A stretch of 64,000 bases of DNA from Polyangiales bacterium. Its GTDB lineage: Bacteria > Myxococcota_A > Polyangia > Polyangiales > Polyangiaceae. Location: positions 1 through 64,000 of the forward strand of contig JBBRLQ010000033.1 of assembly GCA_038231275.1 (NCBI GenBank). The letters run 5' to 3'. The position numbers were made by a program, and so were the translations under genes. Shown in pieces: positions 1-9,276 of the stretch. How positions within the stretch are numbered: position 1 is the stretch's first letter; every line of letters starts with the position of its first letter. Below the pieces are notes generated by a model. That model was not told the origin of the DNA and ran no database searches. It saw only the letters and a program-made list of their open reading frames with translations.

Positions 1-45
1 TAGGCGGTGTGGGCGCGAGACCCCGGGAGCGCGTCACCTCAGGGG

Positions 46-128
46 GTGATCGCGATGCGCCGTTTTGTGCGATCGGCATCCGCCGTTTTGTGTGATCGCG
101 ATGCGCCGTTTTGTCCGATCGGCATCCG
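46..128. repeat. Short tandem repeat, 23-bp period (46-bp higher-order unit)
   Basis: Core CGCCGTTTTGT starts at 58, 81 and 104. GTGATCGCGATGCGCCGTTTTGT(G/C)CGATCGGCATCCG occurs at 46 and 92. Confidence 0.8.
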
Positions 129-211
129 GCGACGCGCGCAGCTTCGGCTGCTCGTTGCTCGCGCCGAGGTAGGCGGTGGTCGCCAACTCGAGCTCACGCG
201 TTGAAGCATGG

Positions 212-472
212 AGTCGCGCGATCGGCCCGCGCGCGCGGGTCCTCACCTACCTTGTGGTTGCAACTCCTAAAATCGACGACGTTTACCTCCTCAGTTCGGA
301 GGGCTAACGAAAATGGTGCCCGACGATCTGATCCGCGATGTGCTCGAAACCATCGTCGACGTCGGCCGCGCCGCCGATTGCCTCGTGGAGCCCGCCAACG
401 GACGGGGCGGTATGTACAACATCAGCGTCGTGCTGGTGCGCGTCGTCGAGGCGCTGCGCCGCGGTGGCCTGA
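212..472 (+). pseudogene. Decayed 3' fragment of a PP2C phosphatase (paralog of 3820-4083)
   Basis: Aligns codon by codon with the PP2C C-terminus (SRAIGPRARVLTYLVVATPKIDDVYLL..LTKMVPDDLIRDVL..). A 1-nt deletion near 300 disrupts the SDG motif, and GGADN has become GGMYN. Confidence 0.85.
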
Positions 473-557
473 GGGTCGCCAGCTTGCCAAGGGAGAAGCC
501 TCGAGGCTACGATTGAGGGCGGTGTGGACTGTGCGAAGAGCCGTTGCGATTGGCTCC

Positions 558-1907
558 ATGCTCGCCGCGCACCTAGTGGTCTTGGCAGTCCCTGCCCCCG
601 CCCAGGCGCAGCGTAGGCCGCCGAAGACGGCCCCCGCCCCCAAGAAGCCCGCCAAGAAAGACGTCGCGCTCGAGGAGGCGCGAAAGCGAGAGGAAGAGCG
701 GCGTAAGGAAGAGGAAGCCCAGCGTGCCGCAGCCCAGCGACAACTCACGGACCAGCGCGCCGAGGAGGCGCGGAAGATAGCCAAAGCGGCAGAGGCGGCA
801 GCGCTTGTCCGCCAGAGCCGTACCTCGTTCGACGAAGGACGCCGCTACCTCAACGAATCGAAGCGGGAGCGCCGGCGCGCGGACGACGAGATTGCCGCCG
901 AGCGGGTCGCGGCTTCCCGCGGGTTCTTGGCGCTCCCCATCCTCTTCTACAGCCCCGAAACCAATCTAGGCCTCGGCGCATTCGGGCTTTATTACTTTCA
1001 CTTGGGCGAACCCGACAAGACACGAACGTCCAACATTCGCTCGAGCTTCATCTACACGACGAAGAAGCAAGCCTTGTTCGACATCGGGCCAACGCTTTGG
1101 TTTGCCGAAAATCGACTGAACGTCAACGCGCTCTTTACGTACGACTACTATCCAAATTTTTTTGCAGGAATCGGAAATCGAACACCGTCGACGCTCATTG
1201 AGAACTACGCGGAGCGATTTCCATCGATTTCCACGCAAGTCCAATACCGTCTCGTGAGCAGCCTGTACGCCGGGATACGGTACCGGTACGAAAGGCGCGC
1301 GATCTTGGACACGGAGCCCGGTCGAGCCCTCGACTCCGGCACCATCCTCGGTGACCACGGCGGCGTTTTGTCGGGGCTCGGCGTGACCGTGTCCTTCGAC
1401 TCGAGAGACAACATCGACGCGCCCGCCGTGGGGACCTACGCCTACCTCGGCGTTCGGCAGAACTTCGCCGCCATCGGCAGCGATTACCGGTTTACCGAAG
1501 TCGACGTGGACCTGCGCAAATACTTCGGGATCGGCGACAACGTCCTAGCGTTCCAAATTCTCGGCGGAACGAACGCCGGCAACACGCCCTTCTACGCGCT
1601 CTCCACGATCGGGGGCGGGTCGAACCTTCGAGGGATCACGTTCGGCCGCTACCGCGATACGCACCTCATCGAGGGGCAAGCCGAATTTCGATTTCCAATC
1701 TTCGGACGGTGGAGTGGAGCCGCGTTTGGCGGAGCTGGGGAGGTGATGCACTCGGTCCTGGACTTCAAACCCGGCGGACTCCACCCGGCGGGGGGGGTTG
1801 GTCTGCGCTTCGCGATCGTCCCGAGCGAGCGACTCCGCATCCGGCTCGACTTCGCGTACGCGGAGGCCGGACTCGCGTACTACCTCAATATCGGGGAGGC
1901 GTTCTAG
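558..1907 (+). CDS. Omp85/BamA-TamA (surface antigen D15-like) outer-membrane beta-barrel with charged helical N-terminal region
   Basis: Signal-like segment ending AQA, a K/E/R-rich helical stretch, then LPILFYSPET, amphipathic strands, LRG..GRYRD loop motif and C-terminal YLNIGEAF. Start uncertain (GTG 522 or ATG 558). Confidence 0.75.
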   Translation: MLAAHLVVLAVPAPAQAQRRPPKTAPAPKKPAKKDVALEEARKREEERRKEEEAQRAAAQRQLTDQRAEEARKIAKAAEAAALVRQSRTSFDEGRRYLNESKRERRRADDEIAAERVAASRGFLALPILFYSPETNLGLGAFGLYYFHLGEPDKTRTSNIRSSFIYTTKKQALFDIGPTLWFAENRLNVNALFTYDYYPNFFAGIGNRTPSTLIENYAERFPSISTQVQYRLVSSLYAGIRYRYERRAILDTEPGRALDSGTILGDHGGVLSGLGVTVSFDSRDNIDAPAVGTYAYLGVRQNFAAIGSDYRFTEVDVDLRKYFGIGDNVLAFQILGGTNAGNTPFYALSTIGGGSNLRGITFGRYRDTHLIEGQAEFRFPIFGRWSGAAFGGAGEVMHSVLDFKPGGLHPAGGVGLRFAIVPSERLRIRLDFAYAEAGLAYYLNIGEAF

Positions 1908-2049
1908 CAACGTAAGCGTCGGGCGGAGGTCATAGACCGCCGCCACCGCGTATCCGGCCTGCTCGCGTCGCGTTCGGACGAGTAGGCGCGCGACGTCAAC
2001 CGGACCGTGGCCTGGCAGACCGCGTTCGGGGGCTTACTTCGCCCGACGG

Positions 2050-2790
2050 GCGACGAAGGCTCTTCGTCGAACGACACTACCCGGGGTGTCCACCGCAGGG
2101 TTCGGGCTAAGCGGGTAGTGGATGAACCACGCGAGAGCGGCCGGCGCGTACGGGCGGTGCGCGAGGAGCCAGCGGCGATTGCCCTCCACCACGGCGGACT
2201 CGGTCTGCAGGAGCGTAGGTCACGCGGACGGCAGCTTCGCCGTCAGCATCTCGAACAGCACCATCCCGCACGCGAACAGGTCGCTTCGTGAAGTGACCTT
2301 TCCGCCGAGACGCGCCTCAGGCGCCATGTAGCTGCGAGTGCCCACCATCACGCCGGGGCGCGTGAGGCGCGAGACCGGCCGCGACGTTCCGCGAGTGCGC
2401 CGCGTCGAGCGCGCTCAGAACCTGGAGCATCAAATCGAGCGCGTCACCGAGCGGGAGGGGGCCGTTGTCCCGGATCGCCAGCGATAGGTCTCGCCGAACG
2501 GGCGCTCCATGAGCAAGTAAGGACCGACACCTTCGAGCCACCCAATGTCGAGGAGCGAGCGAATGTGAGGGTGACGCAGCGACGCGACGAGCAGGGCCTC
2601 ACGCTCTCGGCGGCTCACCGACTCCGCAGCCTCGTGGGCGGGTCATGACCTTGATGGCGACCTGGCCGCCCGTCCGCTCGCCTTCGGCGCCAAAGCCGAA
2701 GCCTTTCCCGCCCCGCCGGACGAGCTCGGTCATGCGTTAGCGATCGTCGACCACGCGGCCGAGGAGCGGGTGGAGCAAGCCACGGGCCGG
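2050..2790 (-). pseudogene. Degraded Ser/Thr protein kinase
   Basis: Fragments across frames: GRVVDDR*(stop)..RRGGKG..QVAIKVM, REA..LRHPHI..YLLME, QVLSALDAAHSRNV, MVGTRSYMAPE..SDLFACGMVLFEMLT. Stops and frameshifts present; the HRD-DFG segment is missing. Boundaries approximate. Confidence 0.8.
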
Positions 2791-3015
2791 ATGTGGTTTC
2801 GTGTGGATAACCCGCGCGGGGGCCAATGTGTGGCGCGCCGGTCGACAGGTGCAAGCGCCAATCGCCAGAACCGGATCCGCATGCGATGTGGCGGCCCACG
2901 CACCGAGTCGACGACGGCACCACTCCCGCCGCATGGACTCCGCGCGTCTAGCCGCGGATCGCCAGTGGAATGACTGTTGCTCTTGGCCAAGCATGGCTCT
3001 CGGGTGGACTGCACG

Positions 3016-4083
3016 ATGACAGCGGAGCGAATTGCGCTCTGCGGGATCGTCCTGTTCGTCACGGGGCTCGTCCTTCTCGCGTGGACCCTGCTGCGCTCGA
3101 GGACGCGGCCGGGCACCGCGCAAAGGGTGCCCGCGAGCCTGCCTGGCGCCGTACGCGTCGAGCTGGGCGCGCATGTCGACCCATCCGACAGCCTTCCCAT
3201 CATCCACTTCGACGAGGGGGAAGAGGACGGCGACGAACCGACGCGCCACTCGGACTTCGACGACGCCGACGAGAGCTGTCCGGCGGTCCCCATCGCCTTC
3301 GACCACTCCGCGCTCGACGAAGAGGAGACGTCGCTTCAGCCGCATTTTATCTTGGCGGCCGTTGGTCGTACCGACCGAGGACGCCATCGAAAGCAGAACG
3401 AGGACACCGTGCTCGTACGCTCGACCGACGGCCTGTGCGTGGTCGCCGACGGAATGGGCGGGCACAAGGGCGGCGGGATCGCGAGCGGGCTCGCAGTCGA
3501 GACCATCGCGAAAGCGCTCGAGGAGGGGACTTTCGAGGGCAAGCGCCACCCCACGCTCCCGTCGCGCGGGAGCGAGGTCGTGCGCGCGATCCAGGCCGCG
3601 AGCTCGCGCATTCGCGCGGTGGCGAAGGAGAGGCCCGAGCTCTCGCAGATGGGAACCACAGTCGTCGCGGCGCGCTTCTCTCCGGACAAGCGGAGGGTGT
3701 ACATCGGCCACGTCGGCGACAGCCGCTGTTACCGTTTTCGCAGCAACGAGCTGGTTCTCATGACGAAGGACCACACGATGGCGTGCTTCGGCGTCGTCGG
3801 TGAAGGCTCGGGCCTACTCAGTCGGGCGGTGGGCCCGCAGGCACGCGTCCTCACGGATCTCGTGGTCGCCACGCCGGAGATCGGCGACGTCTACCTCCTG
3901 TGCTCGGACGGGCTCACGAAGATGGTGCCCGACGATCTCATCCGCGATGTCCTGGACACGATCCTCGACGTCGGCCGGGCGGCGGACTGTCTCGTGGAGC
4001 TCGCCAATGGCCGCGGCGGCGCGGACAACATCAGCGTGGTGCTCGTTCGTGTCGTCGGGGCCGCCGCGCGCGCCGTGGCCTGA
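3016..4083 (+). CDS. PP2C-family Ser/Thr phosphatase with N-terminal membrane anchor
   Basis: GRHRKQNED, VADGMGGH, MGTT, HVGDSR, LLCSDGL and GGADN motifs. Hydrophobic N-terminus followed by an acidic linker. Confidence 0.92.
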   Translation: MTAERIALCGIVLFVTGLVLLAWTLLRSRTRPGTAQRVPASLPGAVRVELGAHVDPSDSLPIIHFDEGEEDGDEPTRHSDFDDADESCPAVPIAFDHSALDEEETSLQPHFILAAVGRTDRGRHRKQNEDTVLVRSTDGLCVVADGMGGHKGGGIASGLAVETIAKALEEGTFEGKRHPTLPSRGSEVVRAIQAASSRIRAVAKERPELSQMGTTVVAARFSPDKRRVYIGHVGDSRCYRFRSNELVLMTKDHTMACFGVVGEGSGLLSRAVGPQARVLTDLVVATPEIGDVYLLCSDGLTKMVPDDLIRDVLDTILDVGRAADCLVELANGRGGADNISVVLVRVVGAAARAVA

Positions 4084-4200
4084 CGGGCTCCGGCCGCCAT
4101 ACACGCGCCACCTTGTACGCAGCAAATCGCGCGCGCGCATGAGTGTGGTGCCCGATGGTCGTGACCGCGCGGTAGATTGAATCGTGGGCCGACCTCGCTC

Positions 4201-5739
4201 ATGAGCCAACGACGCACCTCACTGCCTCCGCCGCGCGCCACATCGCTGTTCGCGCGCACGGTCTACCGTCAGCTGAAGCAGGCGGGCTACGGGAAGGCCG
4301 AAATAGTCGCCTTCGTTAGCGAGCTCATGGGTGAGCTCACGGACGAGAGCTCGGGAGGCGCGCTCTCGGGTGTCACCGACGTCGAGACTTCCCTCCCGAA
4401 CTCCGAGTCATTTCTAGATGTCATCGAGTTCGAGCTTCGGCGGGCTCGCAGCATCCCGAGCCGCGACGTCACGTTGATCTGTCTCGACGTAGATCCGCCG
4501 GAGTGGGCCACGGACGACGTGGCACAGGCACTCCACGCGCGCGTCGCGAGCCTGCTCCGACGCGGCGTGAGGCCGACCGACGCGATCGCACGCCTCGCGG
4601 CGTCGCGTTACGCGATCATGCTACCGGGCTCCACCAAGGATTCCGCGCGCGTCGTCGCCGCGCGCGTCGTTCGTTCGATCCTCGAGCCTCGACGAAGCAA
4701 CGACGCGCCTCCGGAAGGCACTCGCATCGCGATGCGCGCCGCGAGCCTCGTCGACGGCGACACGGACAGCGCCTCCGCGCTCCTCGCGCGGTGCCTCGGT
4801 GATGTTCCACGCGCCGTCGAGCCCACGGGGCGCGCGTCCTCCACGATTCCGCCACCCCTCTCTCGACCTGAGCGACCCGGTGCGATGGTCCTCGCTTTGG
4901 GCGGAGGCGCCGCGCGTGCCGCCGCACACATCGGGGTCCTTCGTGCGCTCGAGGCGAACGGCGTTGGGGTCGCCGGCGTCGCGGGAACGAGCGCGGGTGC
5001 CATCGTCGGGGCGATGGCGCTTCGCGGCATGAGCCACGCGGACATCTTGGAGCGCTTCGTCGCCTTCACACGCTCCGACACCTACCGCCAGATGCGGCGT
5101 CGTTACATCGAGTATCGGCGCTCGGCGAAGGTCCCTCGGTCGACGGTCGAATACTTCCGGAACAGCGGCATCGCGTTCCTCTCCACCGACCGGCTGGCGG
5201 CGTTCGACGACGATCTCTTCGGTCAATTCATCGAATTTTTCGTCGGCCCCGATCGCGACATCGGCACGCTGGATCGCCCGTTCGCCGTCGCCGCGACCGA
5301 TCTCGTCACGGGCCGCGCCGTCCGGATCGCGCACGGACCCCTGCACTTCGCGTTGAAAGCGAGCTGTGCGCTTCCAGGGCTGTTCCGCCCCCAAGTCGAG
5401 GCGGATCGGTTGCTGGTCGACGGGTCCACCGTCGCCGAGGTCCCCGTTCAGGTCGCCGTACAACTCGGCGTCGCCGCGCCGATCCTGGCCGTACACTTGA
5501 TGCGCCCGGAAAAGGACGTCACGACGTTCGAGTCCAGCTCCGAGGTGGTCATGCGTTGGGGAACGATCGTGCACCGCGAGCTCGTCCGCGAGCAGCTGCG
5601 TCACGCCCATCACCTCGTCACCGCGTGCGTAGATCAAATCGGTTGGCTCGACTTTCGACGCGCCATCGAGACGGCGGGCATCGGCGAGAGGGCGGCACAC
5701 GCGCACTTTGCCGGAATGAGCGCCTGCACGAAGACGTAG
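4201..5739 (+). CDS. Degenerate GGDEF domain fused to patatin-like phospholipase
   Basis: TDVETSLPN..ELRRAR..LICLDVD..RPTDAIARLAASRY is GGDEF-like with the A-site lost. Patatin motifs LGGGAAR, GTSAG and LVDGS follow. Confidence 0.85.
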   Translation: MSQRRTSLPPPRATSLFARTVYRQLKQAGYGKAEIVAFVSELMGELTDESSGGALSGVTDVETSLPNSESFLDVIEFELRRARSIPSRDVTLICLDVDPPEWATDDVAQALHARVASLLRRGVRPTDAIARLAASRYAIMLPGSTKDSARVVAARVVRSILEPRRSNDAPPEGTRIAMRAASLVDGDTDSASALLARCLGDVPRAVEPTGRASSTIPPPLSRPERPGAMVLALGGGAARAAAHIGVLRALEANGVGVAGVAGTSAGAIVGAMALRGMSHADILERFVAFTRSDTYRQMRRRYIEYRRSAKVPRSTVEYFRNSGIAFLSTDRLAAFDDDLFGQFIEFFVGPDRDIGTLDRPFAVAATDLVTGRAVRIAHGPLHFALKASCALPGLFRPQVEADRLLVDGSTVAEVPVQVAVQLGVAAPILAVHLMRPEKDVTTFESSSEVVMRWGTIVHRELVREQLRHAHHLVTACVDQIGWLDFRRAIETAGIGERAAHAHFAGMSACTKT

Positions 5740-5743
5740 CGCA

Positions 5744-6793
5744 TCACCCGAAGATCGCAGCGGCTACCCGGTCCGCCGTCACCTTCGCGAGCAAGATCCC
5801 ATTGCGGTGATGCCCCGTCGCCAGAAACAGCCCGGGCAACGGAGAGGCCCCGACGAGCCATGCCGTCTCGTCCCCCGCGAACGGGCGAAAGCTGCTCCAC
5901 ATCCCCGTGAGCGCGGCGCCCGCTAGCGAAGGCGCGACGCGCAGCGCGCCGTCGAGGATCGCGCGCACTCCGCCTGCGGTGACGCCGTGCGCGTAGCCGG
6001 CGTTCTCCATCGTGGAGCCGCAGACGATCCGCCCGTCACCGCGCGGGACGACGTAGCCGGCGGTCGTCTTCAGCATCGCGCGTAGCCGCGGAGGCCGCTC
6101 GTCGAGCTCGACGATCTGTCCGCGCACGGGCACCACGCGCGGCAAGGACGCGGGCACGCCGGGGACGAGCGACGACCAGCTCCCCGCCGCGAGGACGGTG
6201 GCGTCGGCCTCGAGCGTCTCCCCCTCGAGGACGACGCCGCGGCAACGGTCTGCGGATCCCGCGAGGCGCTGCACGACCGCGCCGCTGCGGACCACGACCC
6301 GCGAGCGCGCGATGGCCGCGACGAGCGCCCTCAGAAGAGCGCGCGGATCGACCTGCGCCTCGTCCGGGAAATACGCGGCGCGCACGATCGGGGCGAGCTC
6401 CGGCTCGATCGCGCGCGCTTCCGCGTCGCTCAGCGCCTCCGCGCGGAGGCCGGCCGCCGTCTGCCACGCCACCGTGCGTTCCACGTCGCGTGCTTCGTCT
6501 TCCGTGAACGCCACGCGCAGCATTCCAGACACGCGGTGTCCGACGTCGAGCCCCGTGCGCTCACGCAGATCGGCGGCCCACCCGGCGTACTCCGCGCGCG
6601 CGCGCACGAACGTGTCGAGCATCGGACCGGCCTCGCGGCTCTCGACCTGCGCGCCGAGGATCCCGGCGGCGGCGCTCGACGCCTCCGCGCCAGGGACGCT
6701 GCGCTCGAGGAGCACGACGTCGGCGCCGCGCGACGAGAGAGCGAGCGCCGTCGCGCAGCCCATGACCCCACCGCCGATGATCGCGACCCGCAT
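5744..6793 (-). CDS. thiO: Glycine oxidase (ThiO/DAO family FAD oxidoreductase)
   Basis: MRVAIIGGGVMG, ASSAAAGIL, PVRGQ, YVVPRGDG and ATGHHRNGILLA. The real gene is the C-terminal part of the 978-aa ORF. Confidence 0.85.
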   Translation of the reverse strand: MRVAIIGGGVMGCATALALSSRGADVVLLERSVPGAEASSAAAGILGAQVESREAGPMLDTFVRARAEYAGWAADLRERTGLDVGHRVSGMLRVAFTEDEARDVERTVAWQTAAGLRAEALSDAEARAIEPELAPIVRAAYFPDEAQVDPRALLRALVAAIARSRVVVRSGAVVQRLAGSADRCRGVVLEGETLEADATVLAAGSWSSLVPGVPASLPRVVPVRGQIVELDERPPRLRAMLKTTAGYVVPRGDGRIVCGSTMENAGYAHGVTAGGVRAILDGALRVAPSLAGAALTGMWSSFRPFAGDETAWLVGASPLPGLFLATGHHRNGILLAKVTADRVAAAIFG

Positions 6794-6865
6794 GGCGCCG
6801 TCAGCGTAGCGCGGATTTGCCCGGTTTCCGTTGACGTCGGCCCGAGAGGGGCGTGGCATGGCGCG

Positions 6866-8569
6866 ATGCGAAGCGCTTCGATCGCCCTGATTTCGTGCGT
6901 CCTCGGCCTCCTCGTCACCGCCATCCCCCGAAGCGCAGCCGCGTTCTGCGGCTTCTACGTGAGCGGCGCCGACACCAAACTCTACAACAACGCCACGATG
7001 GTCGTCATGATGCGCGACGGCCAGCGGACCGTGTTGTCGATGCAAAACAACTACCAGGGGCCCCCCGAAAAATTCGCGATGGTGGTGCCGGTGCCGGTCG
7101 TCCTCCAGAAGGAGAACGTGAAGACGCTCGACCGCGCGATCTTCGATCGCGTCGATCTGCTCGCAGCGCCGCGCCTCGTCGAATACTGGGAGCAGGATCC
7201 GTGCGGCCCAGATTTCATTTCGGCCACGCGGGGCGGCGGCCCCGGCGGTCCGGTGACGCGCAAGCCTAGCCCCGCGCCCTCGAAGGCGGACCTCGGCGTC
7301 ACGATCGAAGCGCAGTTCACCGTTGGCGAGTACGAGGTCGTGATCCTCTCCGCAAAGGATGCCTCGGGCCTCGACAGCTGGCTGAAGCAAGAGGGCTACA
7401 AAATCCCCGAAGGCAGCGAGCCGTACCTGCGGCCGTACGTGCAGAGCGGGATGAAGTTCTTCGTCGCGAAGGTCGACATCAAGAAGGTGAAGTTCGAGGG
7501 CGGCATGGCCACGCTCTCGCCGCTGCGCTTCCACTACGACACGGAAAAGTTCAACCTGCCGATCCGCCTCGGCCTGGTGAACGCGAAGGGCGCGCAGGAT
7601 CTCATCGTTCACGTCCTCGCGAAGGGGCAGAGGTACGAGGTCGCGAACTACGCCAACGTGACCATCCCCACCAACTTCGACCTGTCCGAGAACGCGCGCG
7701 GGCGGTTCTCGACGTTCTACGCGGCGCTCTACGATCGGACGCTCGAGAAGACCCCGAAGGCCGTCGTCACCGAGTACGCGTGGGACGCGTCGACGTGCGA
7801 TCCGTGCCCCACCCCTGCCCTCACGTACAACGATCTCGCGACGCTCGGCGCCGATGTGCTGCCCGGCGCGCCTGCGCCGGTGGGCACCGCGACAGGGCCG
7901 ATCGCGCCGCGGGCGCCGTGGTTCTCGCCCAGTGGGTTCGTGCTCACGCGCCTCCACGCGCGGTACACGAAGGAGGCGCTCGGAGAGGATCTCGTCTTCA
8001 AGCAGGCGGGGCCGATCACCGGCGGACGTGAAGTGCGCGTGAAGGACAACGAGCTGGAGCACGGCTCGACGCCTGCCTCGATCAACAATTTCCAGGGTCG
8101 CTATGCGATGCGGCACCCGTGGACGGGCCCCATCGCCTGCGAGAACCCCAAGCGCGGCAGGTGGGGAGGACCGACGACCGACGGTCCTGGCGACTCGCGG
8201 CCGAAGGCCGCCACGAACCTCGCGTTCGCGCCGCGCGGTGGGGCGCCGCTCACGGCGTTCCTCGCGTCGGCGGTCCCCGAGCTCGGCGCGAAGCCCGCGC
8301 CGTTCGTCGCGCTGCCGCCCGATCCTGCGCCGCTGGACGCGAGCGTCGCGGTCGACGCGGCGAGCGCCGTGGCCATCGACGCAGCCCCGCCTGCAGCGCC
8401 CGCGTCCGCCGCGCCGCCGGCCGCGCCTGCGAAGAGCAGCGGGTGCTCGGCCAGCCCGTCCACGTCGTTCTCCCCGTTCGACGCGTGGGGGGCAGTCGCG
8501 CTGGCGATCCCCCTCGCGGTGAGCCGTACCCGGCGGAAGCAGCGGCGTAGCCGACCTGCTAACCTCTAG
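6866..8569 (+). CDS. DUF2330-like secreted protein with MYXO-CTERM-like tail (copy 1)
   Basis: Signal peptide, FCGFYVSGAD, FAMVVPVP, APRLVEYWEQDPC, VTEYAW..CDPC, LTRLHARY. C-terminal GC motif, hydrophobic segment and basic tail. Confidence 0.85.
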   Translation: MRSASIALISCVLGLLVTAIPRSAAAFCGFYVSGADTKLYNNATMVVMMRDGQRTVLSMQNNYQGPPEKFAMVVPVPVVLQKENVKTLDRAIFDRVDLLAAPRLVEYWEQDPCGPDFISATRGGGPGGPVTRKPSPAPSKADLGVTIEAQFTVGEYEVVILSAKDASGLDSWLKQEGYKIPEGSEPYLRPYVQSGMKFFVAKVDIKKVKFEGGMATLSPLRFHYDTEKFNLPIRLGLVNAKGAQDLIVHVLAKGQRYEVANYANVTIPTNFDLSENARGRFSTFYAALYDRTLEKTPKAVVTEYAWDASTCDPCPTPALTYNDLATLGADVLPGAPAPVGTATGPIAPRAPWFSPSGFVLTRLHARYTKEALGEDLVFKQAGPITGGREVRVKDNELEHGSTPASINNFQGRYAMRHPWTGPIACENPKRGRWGGPTTDGPGDSRPKAATNLAFAPRGGAPLTAFLASAVPELGAKPAPFVALPPDPAPLDASVAVDAASAVAIDAAPPAAPASAAPPAAPAKSSGCSASPSTSFSPFDAWGAVALAIPLAVSRTRRKQRRSRPANL

Positions 8570-8574
8570 TGACG

Positions 8575-9147
8575 ATGTCCCTCCCTGCTCCGCTTCATCA
8601 CTATTCCTACGCGGAGTACCTCGCACTAGAGGAGCACAGCCGAGCGCGTCACGAGTTCGTCGGGGGCGAAATCTACGCAATGGCGGGCGGCACGCCAGGC
8701 CACGCCGGGCTCGCCGCCACCTTGCTTCGCCTCCTCGGCAACCAGCTGCCGGCGGGATGCCGCGCGTACACTTCGGATCTCCGCGTTCGCGTCGCGGCGA
8801 GCGACGTCACGACGTACCCGGATGGGACGGTGATCTGCGGAAAGATCGTCCGCGCGCCTGAGGACCCTCTCGCGGTGACCAACCCCGTCCTCCTCGTCGA
8901 GGTCACGAGCACATCGACGGAGACGTATGATTGCGGCGCAAAGCTGGAGCAGTACAAGTTGCTGCCATCCGTGCGCGAAGTGCTCATCGCATCGCATCGC
9001 ACTCCGCAGCTCACGCTCCACCGGAGGGCGGCGGACGGCAGTTGGACCGCCGCCGAAGCGGGCCCCGGCGGCTCCGTGGCGCTCGAGAGCCTTGGAGGAC
9101 GGCTTGCCGTGGACGACGTCTACCGCGACGGCCTCGACGACGCCTGA
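8575..9147 (+). CDS. Uma2 (DUF820) family PD-(D/E)XK-like protein
   Basis: YAEYLALE..RHEFVGGEIYAMAGGTPGH, YPD, NPVLLVEVTS.ST. Confidence 0.9.
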   Translation: MSLPAPLHHYSYAEYLALEEHSRARHEFVGGEIYAMAGGTPGHAGLAATLLRLLGNQLPAGCRAYTSDLRVRVAASDVTTYPDGTVICGKIVRAPEDPLAVTNPVLLVEVTSTSTETYDCGAKLEQYKLLPSVREVLIASHRTPQLTLHRRAADGSWTAAEAGPGGSVALESLGGRLAVDDVYRDGLDDA

Positions 9148-9245
9148 GACTGACGTTGCGCGCAGGAAGCGCACCGCCTGCACACCGCGCGAGCGCGCTG
9201 CGCAATAGACGCAGCCGGGGGCAGCGCATCCCGCGCACTTCGGCG

Positions 9246-9261
9246 CGGCACGAGGCCTGCA
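9246..9261 (+). promoter_or_regulatory. Putative sigma54 promoter
   Basis: CGGCACGAGGCCTGCA gives GG-N10-GC, close to the TGGCACG-N4-TTGC consensus, 15 nt before ATG 9277. Confidence 0.6.
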
Positions 9262-9276
9262 AAACCTCGTCGCACC

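Noticed and set aside
46..128. Possible mini-CRISPR array
   Set aside because: The period is only 23 bp, the linkers themselves repeat, and there are no unique spacers or cas genes.
212..472. PP2C duplicate as a DGR template/variable repeat pair
   Set aside because: Differences are mostly synonymous and not adenine-specific, and no reverse transcriptase is seen in the window.
4201..5739. Patatin as part of a CBASS defence operon
   Set aside because: No CD-NTase or cap2/cap3-like genes are nearby, and the attached domain is GGDEF-like.
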